DNA of 64,000 bases from Bacteroidota bacterium (GTDB lineage Bacteria > Bacteroidota > Rhodothermia > Rhodothermales > UBA10348), in contig JADFHF010000002.1 in NCBI GenBank assembly GCA_022567305.1, positions 103,762 through 167,761 on the forward strand, given 5' to 3'. A model generated the notes under the pieces. That model was given only the letters and a program-made list of their open reading frames with translations. It ran no database searches and was not told the origin of the DNA. This document shows positions 20,219 through 28,198 of the stretch, piece after piece (position 1 is the first letter of the stretch; each line of letters opens with the position of its first letter). The translations under genes and the position numbers were made by a program.

Positions 20219-23200
20219 ATGTCTGAATTCCATTCGATATACGGCCCAACGGACCGCCGCAAACCATTCGACGATCCGTACAAGGCGACGGGTTTATCCA
20301 GAGTGATAGCCGTCGTGATCGTTGTTTATATACTCTCCGGCGGATTACCGTCTCGTTCTTATGGCCAGGCCACAGAACTCTATCGTCGCGCCCTCGAACA
20401 ATACGAAATTGGGCAATTTGATAGAGCTGATTCACTTATTCGTGCGTTGAGCAGCGCGGATTCTTTGTCCGTCGAGCTGGTTCTTCTGAGGGCAAAAGTT
20501 CGCGTCCAGCAAGAGAAATTTGCTGCTGCCGCAGCCGACTTCAGAAAAATTCTTTCCACCGAACCGGGTCATCCGGAAGCAGCGTTCGGGTTAAGGCGAT
20601 TGGGTACCGTTGCCTCTCCTAAGGTAGAAATGAACGCCAACCACCTAAAAGGCCTTATCGATGGGAATCCCGACGATCTAACCCTTCGCCTTCAGTATGC
20701 CGATGCGCTGGCTCTGGAAAGAGATTACGATGAAGCCATCAAACAGTACCGTATCTATTTGGACGGGACGCAGGCTTCGCCCCAGATATTGACCGATGTC
20801 CTGGTTACCATCGCGAACTCGGGCAAGTCGCATGGACTGGGAGAAAATATCGCACTGGAATACACTACAACGTATCCCAGCAGCGATGACCTTCAGATGA
20901 GGCTTGGCTATTTCCGACTTTGGAGGAGGAACTTTACGGGGGCTCGAGAAGCCTTTGATCGAGCGCTGGAAATCAATCCTTCGAACCAAGACGCCATAGA
21001 AGGGATCACCGCGATCGCAGGGGCAATTCAATCTGCGAAAAACCAAAAAGCTAGAAGCAGCGGTCTGGTTGCTGCGGTCGAAAAATCCCCCGATGACTTC
21101 GAAGCACGTTTTCGTCTGATCGACCACCAACTCCGGAATGGCCAAATCTTTGATGCAAGCCAGCACCTGTCGTTTATCGAACGGCGATTTGAGGATCAAG
21201 AAGAGATTCAATCGCGCGTCAAGGTTGTGCTCAAGAAATTTCACTCCTTCAGCGCCGCACAGGCCGGCTCCAGGATCGATCGCCTTTACCTCCGGCTCTT
21301 ACAAGATCCTACCAAGGCGGATCGACGATTCAGCTTGGTGGAATCTCTCCTTTCTCGCAAACGATATTTTGAGGCCTACGATCAACTGACGCTTGTCCCC
21401 GACTCGTTACAGGACTCCGAGAGATGGGAAGAACTTTTCATGCAAGCAGATAGCGGACTGATTCAGACGAATGGCTTTTCTCCTTTGTATCCCGTTGATC
21501 GTCTTTTTTACCTGGTTCAGATCAAACCCGATGATCTCGCCACACGATACGCTCTGATTGATTCACTCGTTGCCCATCATCGCTATGTCGAAGCGATGGA
21601 TTTGCTGATCCGGATTCCCGGGTCCTATTCGGTCGACATGATGAAGGATCAGGGCTATCAGGGGAAACTCAATACGATTGTCACCCGGCAATATGAGTAC
21701 GCCGAGAAACGTATTGTAGAGCTGAATCAATTCCTGGCAGGAATCCCCGACAAAGAAGCTCTGAAATTGCGCAGGGAGTTGATTGACCGCTACATGATTG
21801 TGGGCAACCGGACCCTTGCCAGGGCAGAGTTCGAGCATCTCCGGTCGCTCGTTCCCTCTGATCTGAGCCTGGAACTCGAATGGATCGAGTTCCTACGAAG
21901 CACCGACGAAATCGAATTGGCGGCGAAAGAAGCCGGACGATTGTTAGACCGCGCCGGTGAAGATGAAGAGGTTCAGAAAGCGTATGTCCTGACGCATCTT
22001 CAGCAAAAACTGGACCCTGTGACCGAGAATCTTCTCCTCAATCTGGTCCGTGATTCTACCCTTACTGATCCAGGTTTTCTCCTTGAAGTGGCCAACCACT
22101 ATATCGATATCCATCAAGTTGATACGGCCCAAACGTTACTCGATCGGATAGAAGCGCTGGGATACGAGCGGAGCACATCTCGATTCGAGTCCGTAACGCA
22201 GCTTCTAAACAGAGAACGAGTCCGCAAACGGGATGCAGATCTTTTCGAGCAACTCAATCAGGCCCGGCGACTTGTTGCTTCAGAAAACTACGAAGCGGCC
22301 ATTCGTGAATACGAGAGATACTTTGACTCACGCGGAATCCGGGTTCGAGCGGAAGTAGAGGAGTTGGCAGCGGCCCATCTTGCGGACAGCAATCTGGTCT
22401 TGGCGCTTTTATTAATGGAAGAGCTTCAGGAAGAAGTCTTTTCATATGGATTGGCGAAGGAAATTGCCCGGATCAAGGCCCATCATGGAGATTATCCAGG
22501 GGCCCTGCGCGTTCTGGATCGTCTGGCATCGATTAATCCTCGAGATATTGAATCCAGCCTAATTCGGGCTGATGCACTCCAGGAGTTAGGAATTCTCGAT
22601 GAGGCGCAGTCTGTTGTCGATCGAGCTGCAGTCACGGCGCGCGGTTCTAAGTTACTCGGTCAGCGGGTGGAGTCTATCGATTCCGAACTTCGCAGAAAGC
22701 TGATGGAAAGAGGGAAATGGGTCGGGTATGACTTTGTGGCTATCCTCGTACCCACGGCCTACTCTGTACATGCCAGCGGAGGCGGAACCCGGTACGATCG
22801 TCGAACAGAAGGACTGCGGGCTGAAGTGACCCTTCCCATTGGAGCCGTAGTAACGGCGGGATTCAACTCCCATTCCATTTCTGGAACGCGCCGTCTGGTA
22901 CCGGGCTCTGAACGGGTAGAAAGCCGAATCAATCAGATCTTCGGATCGGTTTTTGTGGATTTAACACCACCGATCCGCTCTGAAAAAGCCAGCTATACGA
23001 ACCGAATTTTCGCCGAAGCGGGTATTTACGATTACGAGGGTACCCGATCTGTCGGTTATTTCAGTGTCCGATATTGGCGACAAGATAAAGGCAGATTCTT
23101 AGGATCGATTGGACTCCGAACGAACGAAGGCTCGATCGATCTTTGGTCGCCGGGAGGGGGAGAATTCAATCTCCGCCTAATGCGCCTGGATGTGACGGGT

Positions 23201-23704
23201 TCTTACGTAGCGGCCCTTCCAGACTCTCTCCTCCGGTTTAGCGGAAGACTCGCGGTAAATGTTGTTAGCGACAACCTGGGACTGTCCGCGGGTTCGAACG
23301 ATCATAACGTCGGTTCAGATGTGATGATCGAAGCCGCTTACAAAGTGATTGATCATACCTATGTAGGCATTGCGCATCACCAACTGAACTACCAGTCCAG
23401 AACCGATACGTATTTCTCGCCGGATCATTACGAAGTGACGGAACTCTTCCTTGAGTTCGAACGGGAGCGTTATTCGAAATGGTATTTGCGATTGAGAGGC
23501 GCAATAGGTGCCGTTTCTCGAAGTTCCGGATCGATATCCCAGCGTTTGGAGCTTGACCTGATTCGTCGTCTGACAGACAACGTATCGATTACGCTTAGCT
23601 CGACCCTGGGCGAAGCTTCACGAGCGTTAGGTGGAGGGGCTTCCGCTCTTTTCAATCAGTATAACACGTTCCATGTCGCTGGAACTGTTCGCTGGACCCT
23701 GTAA
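20219..23704 (+). CDS. TPR-repeat protein with a C-terminal putative outer-membrane beta-barrel (PgaA/BcsC/PelB-like exopolysaccharide export scaffold or porin)
   Basis: 1161 aa with an N-terminal signal anchor. About 800 aa of helical TPR-like repeats follow (e.g. AIKQYRIYLDG, AREAFDRALEINPSNQDA). The last ~330 aa are rich in alternating Y/R/G/S strands and end ...FHVAGTVRWTL. It sits directly upstream of the GT2 synthase. Confidence 0.6.
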   Translation: MSEFHSIYGPTDRRKPFDDPYKATGLSRVIAVVIVVYILSGGLPSRSYGQATELYRRALEQYEIGQFDRADSLIRALSSADSLSVELVLLRAKVRVQQEKFAAAAADFRKILSTEPGHPEAAFGLRRLGTVASPKVEMNANHLKGLIDGNPDDLTLRLQYADALALERDYDEAIKQYRIYLDGTQASPQILTDVLVTIANSGKSHGLGENIALEYTTTYPSSDDLQMRLGYFRLWRRNFTGAREAFDRALEINPSNQDAIEGITAIAGAIQSAKNQKARSSGLVAAVEKSPDDFEARFRLIDHQLRNGQIFDASQHLSFIERRFEDQEEIQSRVKVVLKKFHSFSAAQAGSRIDRLYLRLLQDPTKADRRFSLVESLLSRKRYFEAYDQLTLVPDSLQDSERWEELFMQADSGLIQTNGFSPLYPVDRLFYLVQIKPDDLATRYALIDSLVAHHRYVEAMDLLIRIPGSYSVDMMKDQGYQGKLNTIVTRQYEYAEKRIVELNQFLAGIPDKEALKLRRELIDRYMIVGNRTLARAEFEHLRSLVPSDLSLELEWIEFLRSTDEIELAAKEAGRLLDRAGEDEEVQKAYVLTHLQQKLDPVTENLLLNLVRDSTLTDPGFLLEVANHYIDIHQVDTAQTLLDRIEALGYERSTSRFESVTQLLNRERVRKRDADLFEQLNQARRLVASENYEAAIREYERYFDSRGIRVRAEVEELAAAHLADSNLVLALLLMEELQEEVFSYGLAKEIARIKAHHGDYPGALRVLDRLASINPRDIESSLIRADALQELGILDEAQSVVDRAAVTARGSKLLGQRVESIDSELRRKLMERGKWVGYDFVAILVPTAYSVHASGGGTRYDRRTEGLRAEVTLPIGAVVTAGFNSHSISGTRRLVPGSERVESRINQIFGSVFVDLTPPIRSEKASYTNRIFAEAGIYDYEGTRSVGYFSVRYWRQDKGRFLGSIGLRTNEGSIDLWSPGGGEFNLRLMRLDVTGSYVAALPDSLLRFSGRLAVNVVSDNLGLSAGSNDHNVGSDVMIEAAYKVIDHTYVGIAHHQLNYQSRTDTYFSPDHYEVTELFLEFERERYSKWYLRLRGAIGAVSRSSGSISQRLELDLIRRLTDNVSITLSSTLGEASRALGGGASALFNQYNTFHVAGTVRWTL

Positions 23705-23724
23705 CCACTCCTCTGGACTCTACG

Positions 23725-25299
23725 ATGATGGAGCATTCAAATACGACAGCTGAACGAAAGACCGGGGCGACCAAACCCAACGCGCCGTCCCGGGTTCATC
23801 CTCCTCAAAAGAGCCGGCTCGTACGCTCAACGTTTACACCTGTCCGCCGAAGAGAAGAAGACCTGCCAACGCCGCGTGAGACCAAACGAGTGCTCCGCCG
23901 GCGCATCTTTGTGTATGGACTGCTGTCATTATTTTTCTTCTTCGTTATCGTTCTCTTCATTCGAGATCCGGGCGGTGTCTTGTTCCGTATGACTGGCTGG
24001 GAGAGTACGCTGCGATGGAGTGGACTCATCGTCTACTCGTCCATCGTCGCACTCGTTCTATTCCTTGCGATACTGTTGTTCAGATACCTTTGTCTGATCA
24101 ACATGGCGTATCTCCACACGACCAGACGCACGATTGAGAACGGCCACGATCACACATTCTTGCCCCCTGTGTCCGTCGTTGTACCGGCATACAATGAAGA
24201 AAAGCTCATCGAAGGGACCGTTTTGTCTCTCCTGGCGATGGACTATCCATCTTTTGAGATCATTATTGTGGACGACGGGTCGACGGACCAGACGAGAGCT
24301 GTAGCATCCAGACTTGTCGGCTCGTATAGAGACGGTGCCGTCGAGGTGAAACTGGTTGAAAAATCAAATGGTGGAAAGGCCACCGCGCTCAATGCAGGGA
24401 TTCAAGTCTCCCGATATGACTTCCTCCTTAACGTAGACGGCGACTCGCAGCTCTCACCGAACACGCTTCGTAAGACCATTCGACATTTTGTCGAACCGCG
24501 TCTCGGAGCGATTGCCGGCAACGTAAAGGTTTCTAACCGAGACAACGTTTGGACGACGCTGCAGGCACTGGAATACGTTGAAGGACTGAATATGGCTCGG
24601 TCTGCTCAAAGTGTCGTCAAATTGGTAAACATCATTCCAGGACCCCTTGGATTATTCAGGAAGCAAGCCATTCTTGATGCAGGATGGTACAGTTCCGACA
24701 CGTTTGCCGAAGACGCAGACATCACACTGAAGATTATCCGGGCAGGCTGGAGAATCGAGTACGAACCCGAGGCCCAGGCCTATACGGAAGCCCCTGCCTC
24801 AGTCGTTGATCTGCTCAAGCAGCGGTATCGTTGGACGCGGGGAATTATTCAGGCGGTCCGTAAGCACGGCGATCTTTTCTTCAATCCGGTCATCAATTTC
24901 GGCGGAACGATCGTCATGTGGTCGATGGCCTTTGAATCATTGATCTGGCCGATCATGAACATTTTTGCGAACGCCTATTTCATTTTCGTAGCGTTGGTGT
25001 TCGATATGAACTCGTATCTGGTCTACTGGTGGTTGTCTCTGACCATTCTGGATCTGATTGCCGCCCTGTATTGTACTGCGGTTGAAAAAGAAGAAATACG
25101 ACTCGTGTTCTACTCTTTGTTCTACCGGATTTTCTTTATACTCATTATCGATGTGTGTAAAACTATCGCCGCCATCGAAGAATATCTCGGATTTGGAATG
25201 AACTGGGGCAAACTTGAACGCAAGGGTACGGGCACGGCGCGTCGGTCGTCTCATTCTGAAGCAGTTCCAGCCGAAATTATGTCGAATACGCCCCATTAG
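23725..25299 (+). CDS. processive family-2 glycosyltransferase, PgaC/IcaA-type (poly-beta-HexNAc synthase-like)
   Basis: Motif series VVPAYNEE, IIIVDDGSTD, NGGKATALNAG, LNVDGDS, GAIAGNVKV, TFAEDADITLK and QRYRWTRG (the Q(R/Q)xRW motif). TM helices flank the GT domain, and four more follow QRYRW. I see no PilZ domain. Confidence 0.85.
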   Translation: MMEHSNTTAERKTGATKPNAPSRVHPPQKSRLVRSTFTPVRRREEDLPTPRETKRVLRRRIFVYGLLSLFFFFVIVLFIRDPGGVLFRMTGWESTLRWSGLIVYSSIVALVLFLAILLFRYLCLINMAYLHTTRRTIENGHDHTFLPPVSVVVPAYNEEKLIEGTVLSLLAMDYPSFEIIIVDDGSTDQTRAVASRLVGSYRDGAVEVKLVEKSNGGKATALNAGIQVSRYDFLLNVDGDSQLSPNTLRKTIRHFVEPRLGAIAGNVKVSNRDNVWTTLQALEYVEGLNMARSAQSVVKLVNIIPGPLGLFRKQAILDAGWYSSDTFAEDADITLKIIRAGWRIEYEPEAQAYTEAPASVVDLLKQRYRWTRGIIQAVRKHGDLFFNPVINFGGTIVMWSMAFESLIWPIMNIFANAYFIFVALVFDMNSYLVYWWLSLTILDLIAALYCTAVEKEEIRLVFYSLFYRIFFILIIDVCKTIAAIEEYLGFGMNWGKLERKGTGTARRSSHSEAVPAEIMSNTPH

Positions 25300-25401
25300 T
25301 GAACATTATGGTGTACGCAGAGGCCTTGCAAATTGGGCACAATGATTGTGTAAAGTAGTAGGAAGATAGCTGGATTTCTACCCTCGAAACTCACCTCCAC
25401 G

Positions 25402-25779
25402 ATGGAACTCGTTCCAATACTATCGACGATTATTCTTGTGGGCACGGTCGCGACGTTTATACTCGCCGTAGCGGCCTATATATTGTATAAGATTCGAGAG
25501 AGACGGGTCTTGGAGAATGGATCCTCGTACATGTCTGTCGACACAGACCCTCACGTCCTCGTTTCCCCTCAACCTTACCCGGTTCAAAGCACTCCCTCAC
25601 CTGTCGAAGCCCCCACTCCGTCGATCCCGGATAGCGAGCAGGCGCCCTCACGACGGAGTTCAGTGTTTTGGGAGTACACCGATGAAGGATTTGTCCCGGT
25701 AAGACCACAGGCCTCCGATTCGTCTTCTTCGTCTGAGACATCCGAGCGCGTTCCGAATGGCGGGTCCGCGTGGCTATAG
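25402..25779 (+). CDS. small single-pass membrane protein with a Pro/Ser-rich cytoplasmic tail (positional analogue of PgaD/IcaD; function unknown)
   Basis: 125 aa. One N-terminal TM helix (LVPILSTIILVGTVATFILAVAAYILY) is followed by a low-complexity tail. I recognise no family for it. Confidence 0.45.
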   Translation: MELVPILSTIILVGTVATFILAVAAYILYKIRERRVLENGSSYMSVDTDPHVLVSPQPYPVQSTPSPVEAPTPSIPDSEQAPSRRSSVFWEYTDEGFVPVRPQASDSSSSSETSERVPNGGSAWL

Positions 25780-25866
25780 TTCAGCTACTCTCGGCGGGCT
25801 GGACAGGATCTTGTTCTTGGAACCGCACACCACATTCGACATCGCCTCAGCATAAAAGAGAGTGAG

Positions 25867-28191
25867 ATGCGGGCCCTTCAAATTCAGCGAATAAATTTCT
25901 TGTGGTTTCTTACTCTTGGAGTGACCGCTCTTTCTGCAGCGTTCCTTGTGTATCTGCTTTTGCTTGAAAGCGCCCTTGGTGCCTTCCGGATCAGTGAGGC
26001 TTCACCGACTAATCTTGGCGTCATTCAGCGACCTACGGTCGGACTTCTTGAAAGCGCATCTTCGAGAGCCGCATACGAACGACTATTTCCATCCGGCGCC
26101 GGAATGGCCAGATACGATTCAATACACGTTTCCTGGGAGCGTGTTCTGATGCAGCGGCTGCCCAAGGATCCGCTTAAACTAAGTGATGGGAATCTTTCGC
26201 TGAAATTATCATCTCGCGCAGCTGGCCCCGGGTCATTGATGGGACAGGAACATGATGTCCTTATTCTCCCGGCGGCCCTTTCACTCAGTGACGCGCAACT
26301 CGTTCAGATCGAAGAATTTGTTCGGGAGGGAGGGAGCTTGCTGGTGTCCTGGAGCGCGGGTCTATACGACGAAAATCAGCGCTGGAGAGGGTGGGGATTT
26401 CTTGAGCGGACTATGGGGATCCGATTCGACCGCTATGTCGAGCCTGGACGCGGTGCGTTTCGCGTCTCCACCGACACGTTCCCCGGAGTCGTACCCACTG
26501 GAGTGTACGTCCCCAAACGGGTATACAACTCGATAAAAGGGGAACGGCTTAACTATATGTCGGCACGGGAAGCCGCTGAACTGCGCCGCATTCAACAACA
26601 GGCGGAAGCACACCAGTTTGCACCTCTGACTGATTATGTTTGGCTTGATACGCTTGGAATTAACAATCTGGACTTCGACTACGCGACGGTTGAAGGACCG
26701 GTGGGCTATCGGTCCGGATCGACCACGAATGAAGGGGTTATCGTCTCCTACTACACCTGGCGCGGCTTCTCTAACAAGTCAGAGACCCCTTTTCCACGCA
26801 CGGGTGGGGTGACGCGACGCTTTACTCTCCGAGGTAACACCCCGATTACGGCTGGAATTCCAGGCGGATACCGGGCCAAGATTCAAGTCTACAATCCTGG
26901 CGTATCCGTCCGAATTACAGATCCTGATCGGGTCTACTCCGCGGGATTTTGGTATGATTTCGCTACGGATCCACCGATTCAGCAAGATGTTCTGAATCCG
27001 GTTTCAGGGTTGGTGTACGGTACGTTCGGCGAAGGTCGAATTGTATTTATGGGGTTCAGCCCCGATGCCCTGGGTGCTTCCTCAGGCGATCCAGAGGATG
27101 AAGAAATGCTTGGTCGGTTGTTTGACAACGTGTTGAGTTTTCTTCAGCGCGAACCGATCGTCTGGACGCATGACTGGCCACTCGGTCACGCGGCCGCCGT
27201 AATGATGACCGCCAACATGGCCGGGTCTTCTCCGGGTGCAACCCGGATGGCCACGTTTTTTGAGAACGAAAATGTGTCCGCAACCGTGTTCGTCGATGAA
27301 TCTATCGGATCGAATCTTCCGGAACTCGTCTCGCGACTCTATGACCAGGGAGATGTCGGCATTCTTGATCCCACCAGCGATCGAAGTACGGGCTCGGTAG
27401 ATGTCCTGCGAGCTCGCTTCCGTAGATATCGGAAGGCGCTGATGGATATCGTCGGTGGGCCCGTTACCGGATATCGTTCCTTCAGGCGGGGGGCTTTGGC
27501 TCGGGCCACGAAGGAGGCTTTGTCGTCCGAAGGATACACCTACTTTTTACCCGATTCGATTGGGAGGAGAACCACCCCGAAAATAATGGGAGCCCCGTAC
27601 GAATCCCTGACGCGGATCGGCGTCACGGCACGAGAATATGAAAGCAACCAACTCCTTTCGACTGACCGGGGTCCGATGGCGCTGGATTCGCTGCTGCTCC
27701 CGGAAGCCTACCGGGTCTTGGACGAAGGTGGAGTGTTCAGGCTTACGCTGCCCATGGAGATATTTACTTCCGAGGAGCAGGTCTCGAGGCTCGGTCAGTT
27801 TGTTCAGCGCCTGAGACAGGAAAAGTTCTGGATCGCATCCGGTTCGGAGATTGCCCACTGGTGGCGATTAAGAAAAGGATTGAACGTGTCGGTCGAGCAG
27901 CGAAGTAAATCGCGAATCTTTGTCCGTGTCTCGAATGACAACGGAAATACTGCAGAAGAGGCAACCGTAAGTATTACGCTAGGAGAATCTGTGACGTCGG
28001 TCAATATCCTGCCTGAGTTGATCAACATCTTGAAGCCGGTAGCTGACGAAATCGATGTACCTCCTTTCGTGCTCAGAGAAAACGGGACCGTACTAGACTT
28101 GATCATAAAGCAGCTAAAGCCGCAACAGTATCGAATCTTTCACATTGATCTCATCAATTCGGCATTTACCACAAGGTTTGCCGCGAACTGA
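25867..28191 (+). CDS. membrane-anchored periplasmic protein with a GH42M/ThuA (class-I GATase)-like domain plus a CE4 (polysaccharide deacetylase)-like domain with degenerate catalytic motifs
   Basis: N-terminal TM anchor. HDVLILPAALSLSDAQLVQIEEFVREGGSLLVSWSAGLYDENQRWRGWGFLERTMGI resembles the beta-galactosidase trimerisation / GATase1-like fold. The later region (WPLGHAAAVMMTANM ... FWIASGSEIAHWWRLR) resembles NodB-fold EPS-locus proteins. It is a paralogue of the next gene. Confidence 0.45.
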   Translation: MRALQIQRINFLWFLTLGVTALSAAFLVYLLLLESALGAFRISEASPTNLGVIQRPTVGLLESASSRAAYERLFPSGAGMARYDSIHVSWERVLMQRLPKDPLKLSDGNLSLKLSSRAAGPGSLMGQEHDVLILPAALSLSDAQLVQIEEFVREGGSLLVSWSAGLYDENQRWRGWGFLERTMGIRFDRYVEPGRGAFRVSTDTFPGVVPTGVYVPKRVYNSIKGERLNYMSAREAAELRRIQQQAEAHQFAPLTDYVWLDTLGINNLDFDYATVEGPVGYRSGSTTNEGVIVSYYTWRGFSNKSETPFPRTGGVTRRFTLRGNTPITAGIPGGYRAKIQVYNPGVSVRITDPDRVYSAGFWYDFATDPPIQQDVLNPVSGLVYGTFGEGRIVFMGFSPDALGASSGDPEDEEMLGRLFDNVLSFLQREPIVWTHDWPLGHAAAVMMTANMAGSSPGATRMATFFENENVSATVFVDESIGSNLPELVSRLYDQGDVGILDPTSDRSTGSVDVLRARFRRYRKALMDIVGGPVTGYRSFRRGALARATKEALSSEGYTYFLPDSIGRRTTPKIMGAPYESLTRIGVTAREYESNQLLSTDRGPMALDSLLLPEAYRVLDEGGVFRLTLPMEIFTSEEQVSRLGQFVQRLRQEKFWIASGSEIAHWWRLRKGLNVSVEQRSKSRIFVRVSNDNGNTAEEATVSITLGESVTSVNILPELINILKPVADEIDVPPFVLRENGTVLDLIIKQLKPQQYRIFHIDLINSAFTTRFAAN

Positions 28192-28198
28192 CGTCAGA

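Noticed and set aside
20678-21244. 188-aa minus-strand ORF inside the TPR/barrel gene
   Set aside because: It lies antisense within a continuous 1161-aa ORF that belongs to a co-directional operon, and no motifs are visible.
28145-28198. Upstream start for the second GATase1-like/CE4-like paralogue, overlapping the first by 47 nt
   Set aside because: The Met at 28199 is followed immediately by a plausible signal peptide and leaves a 7-nt gap after the preceding stop. The longer form would bury the signal peptide.
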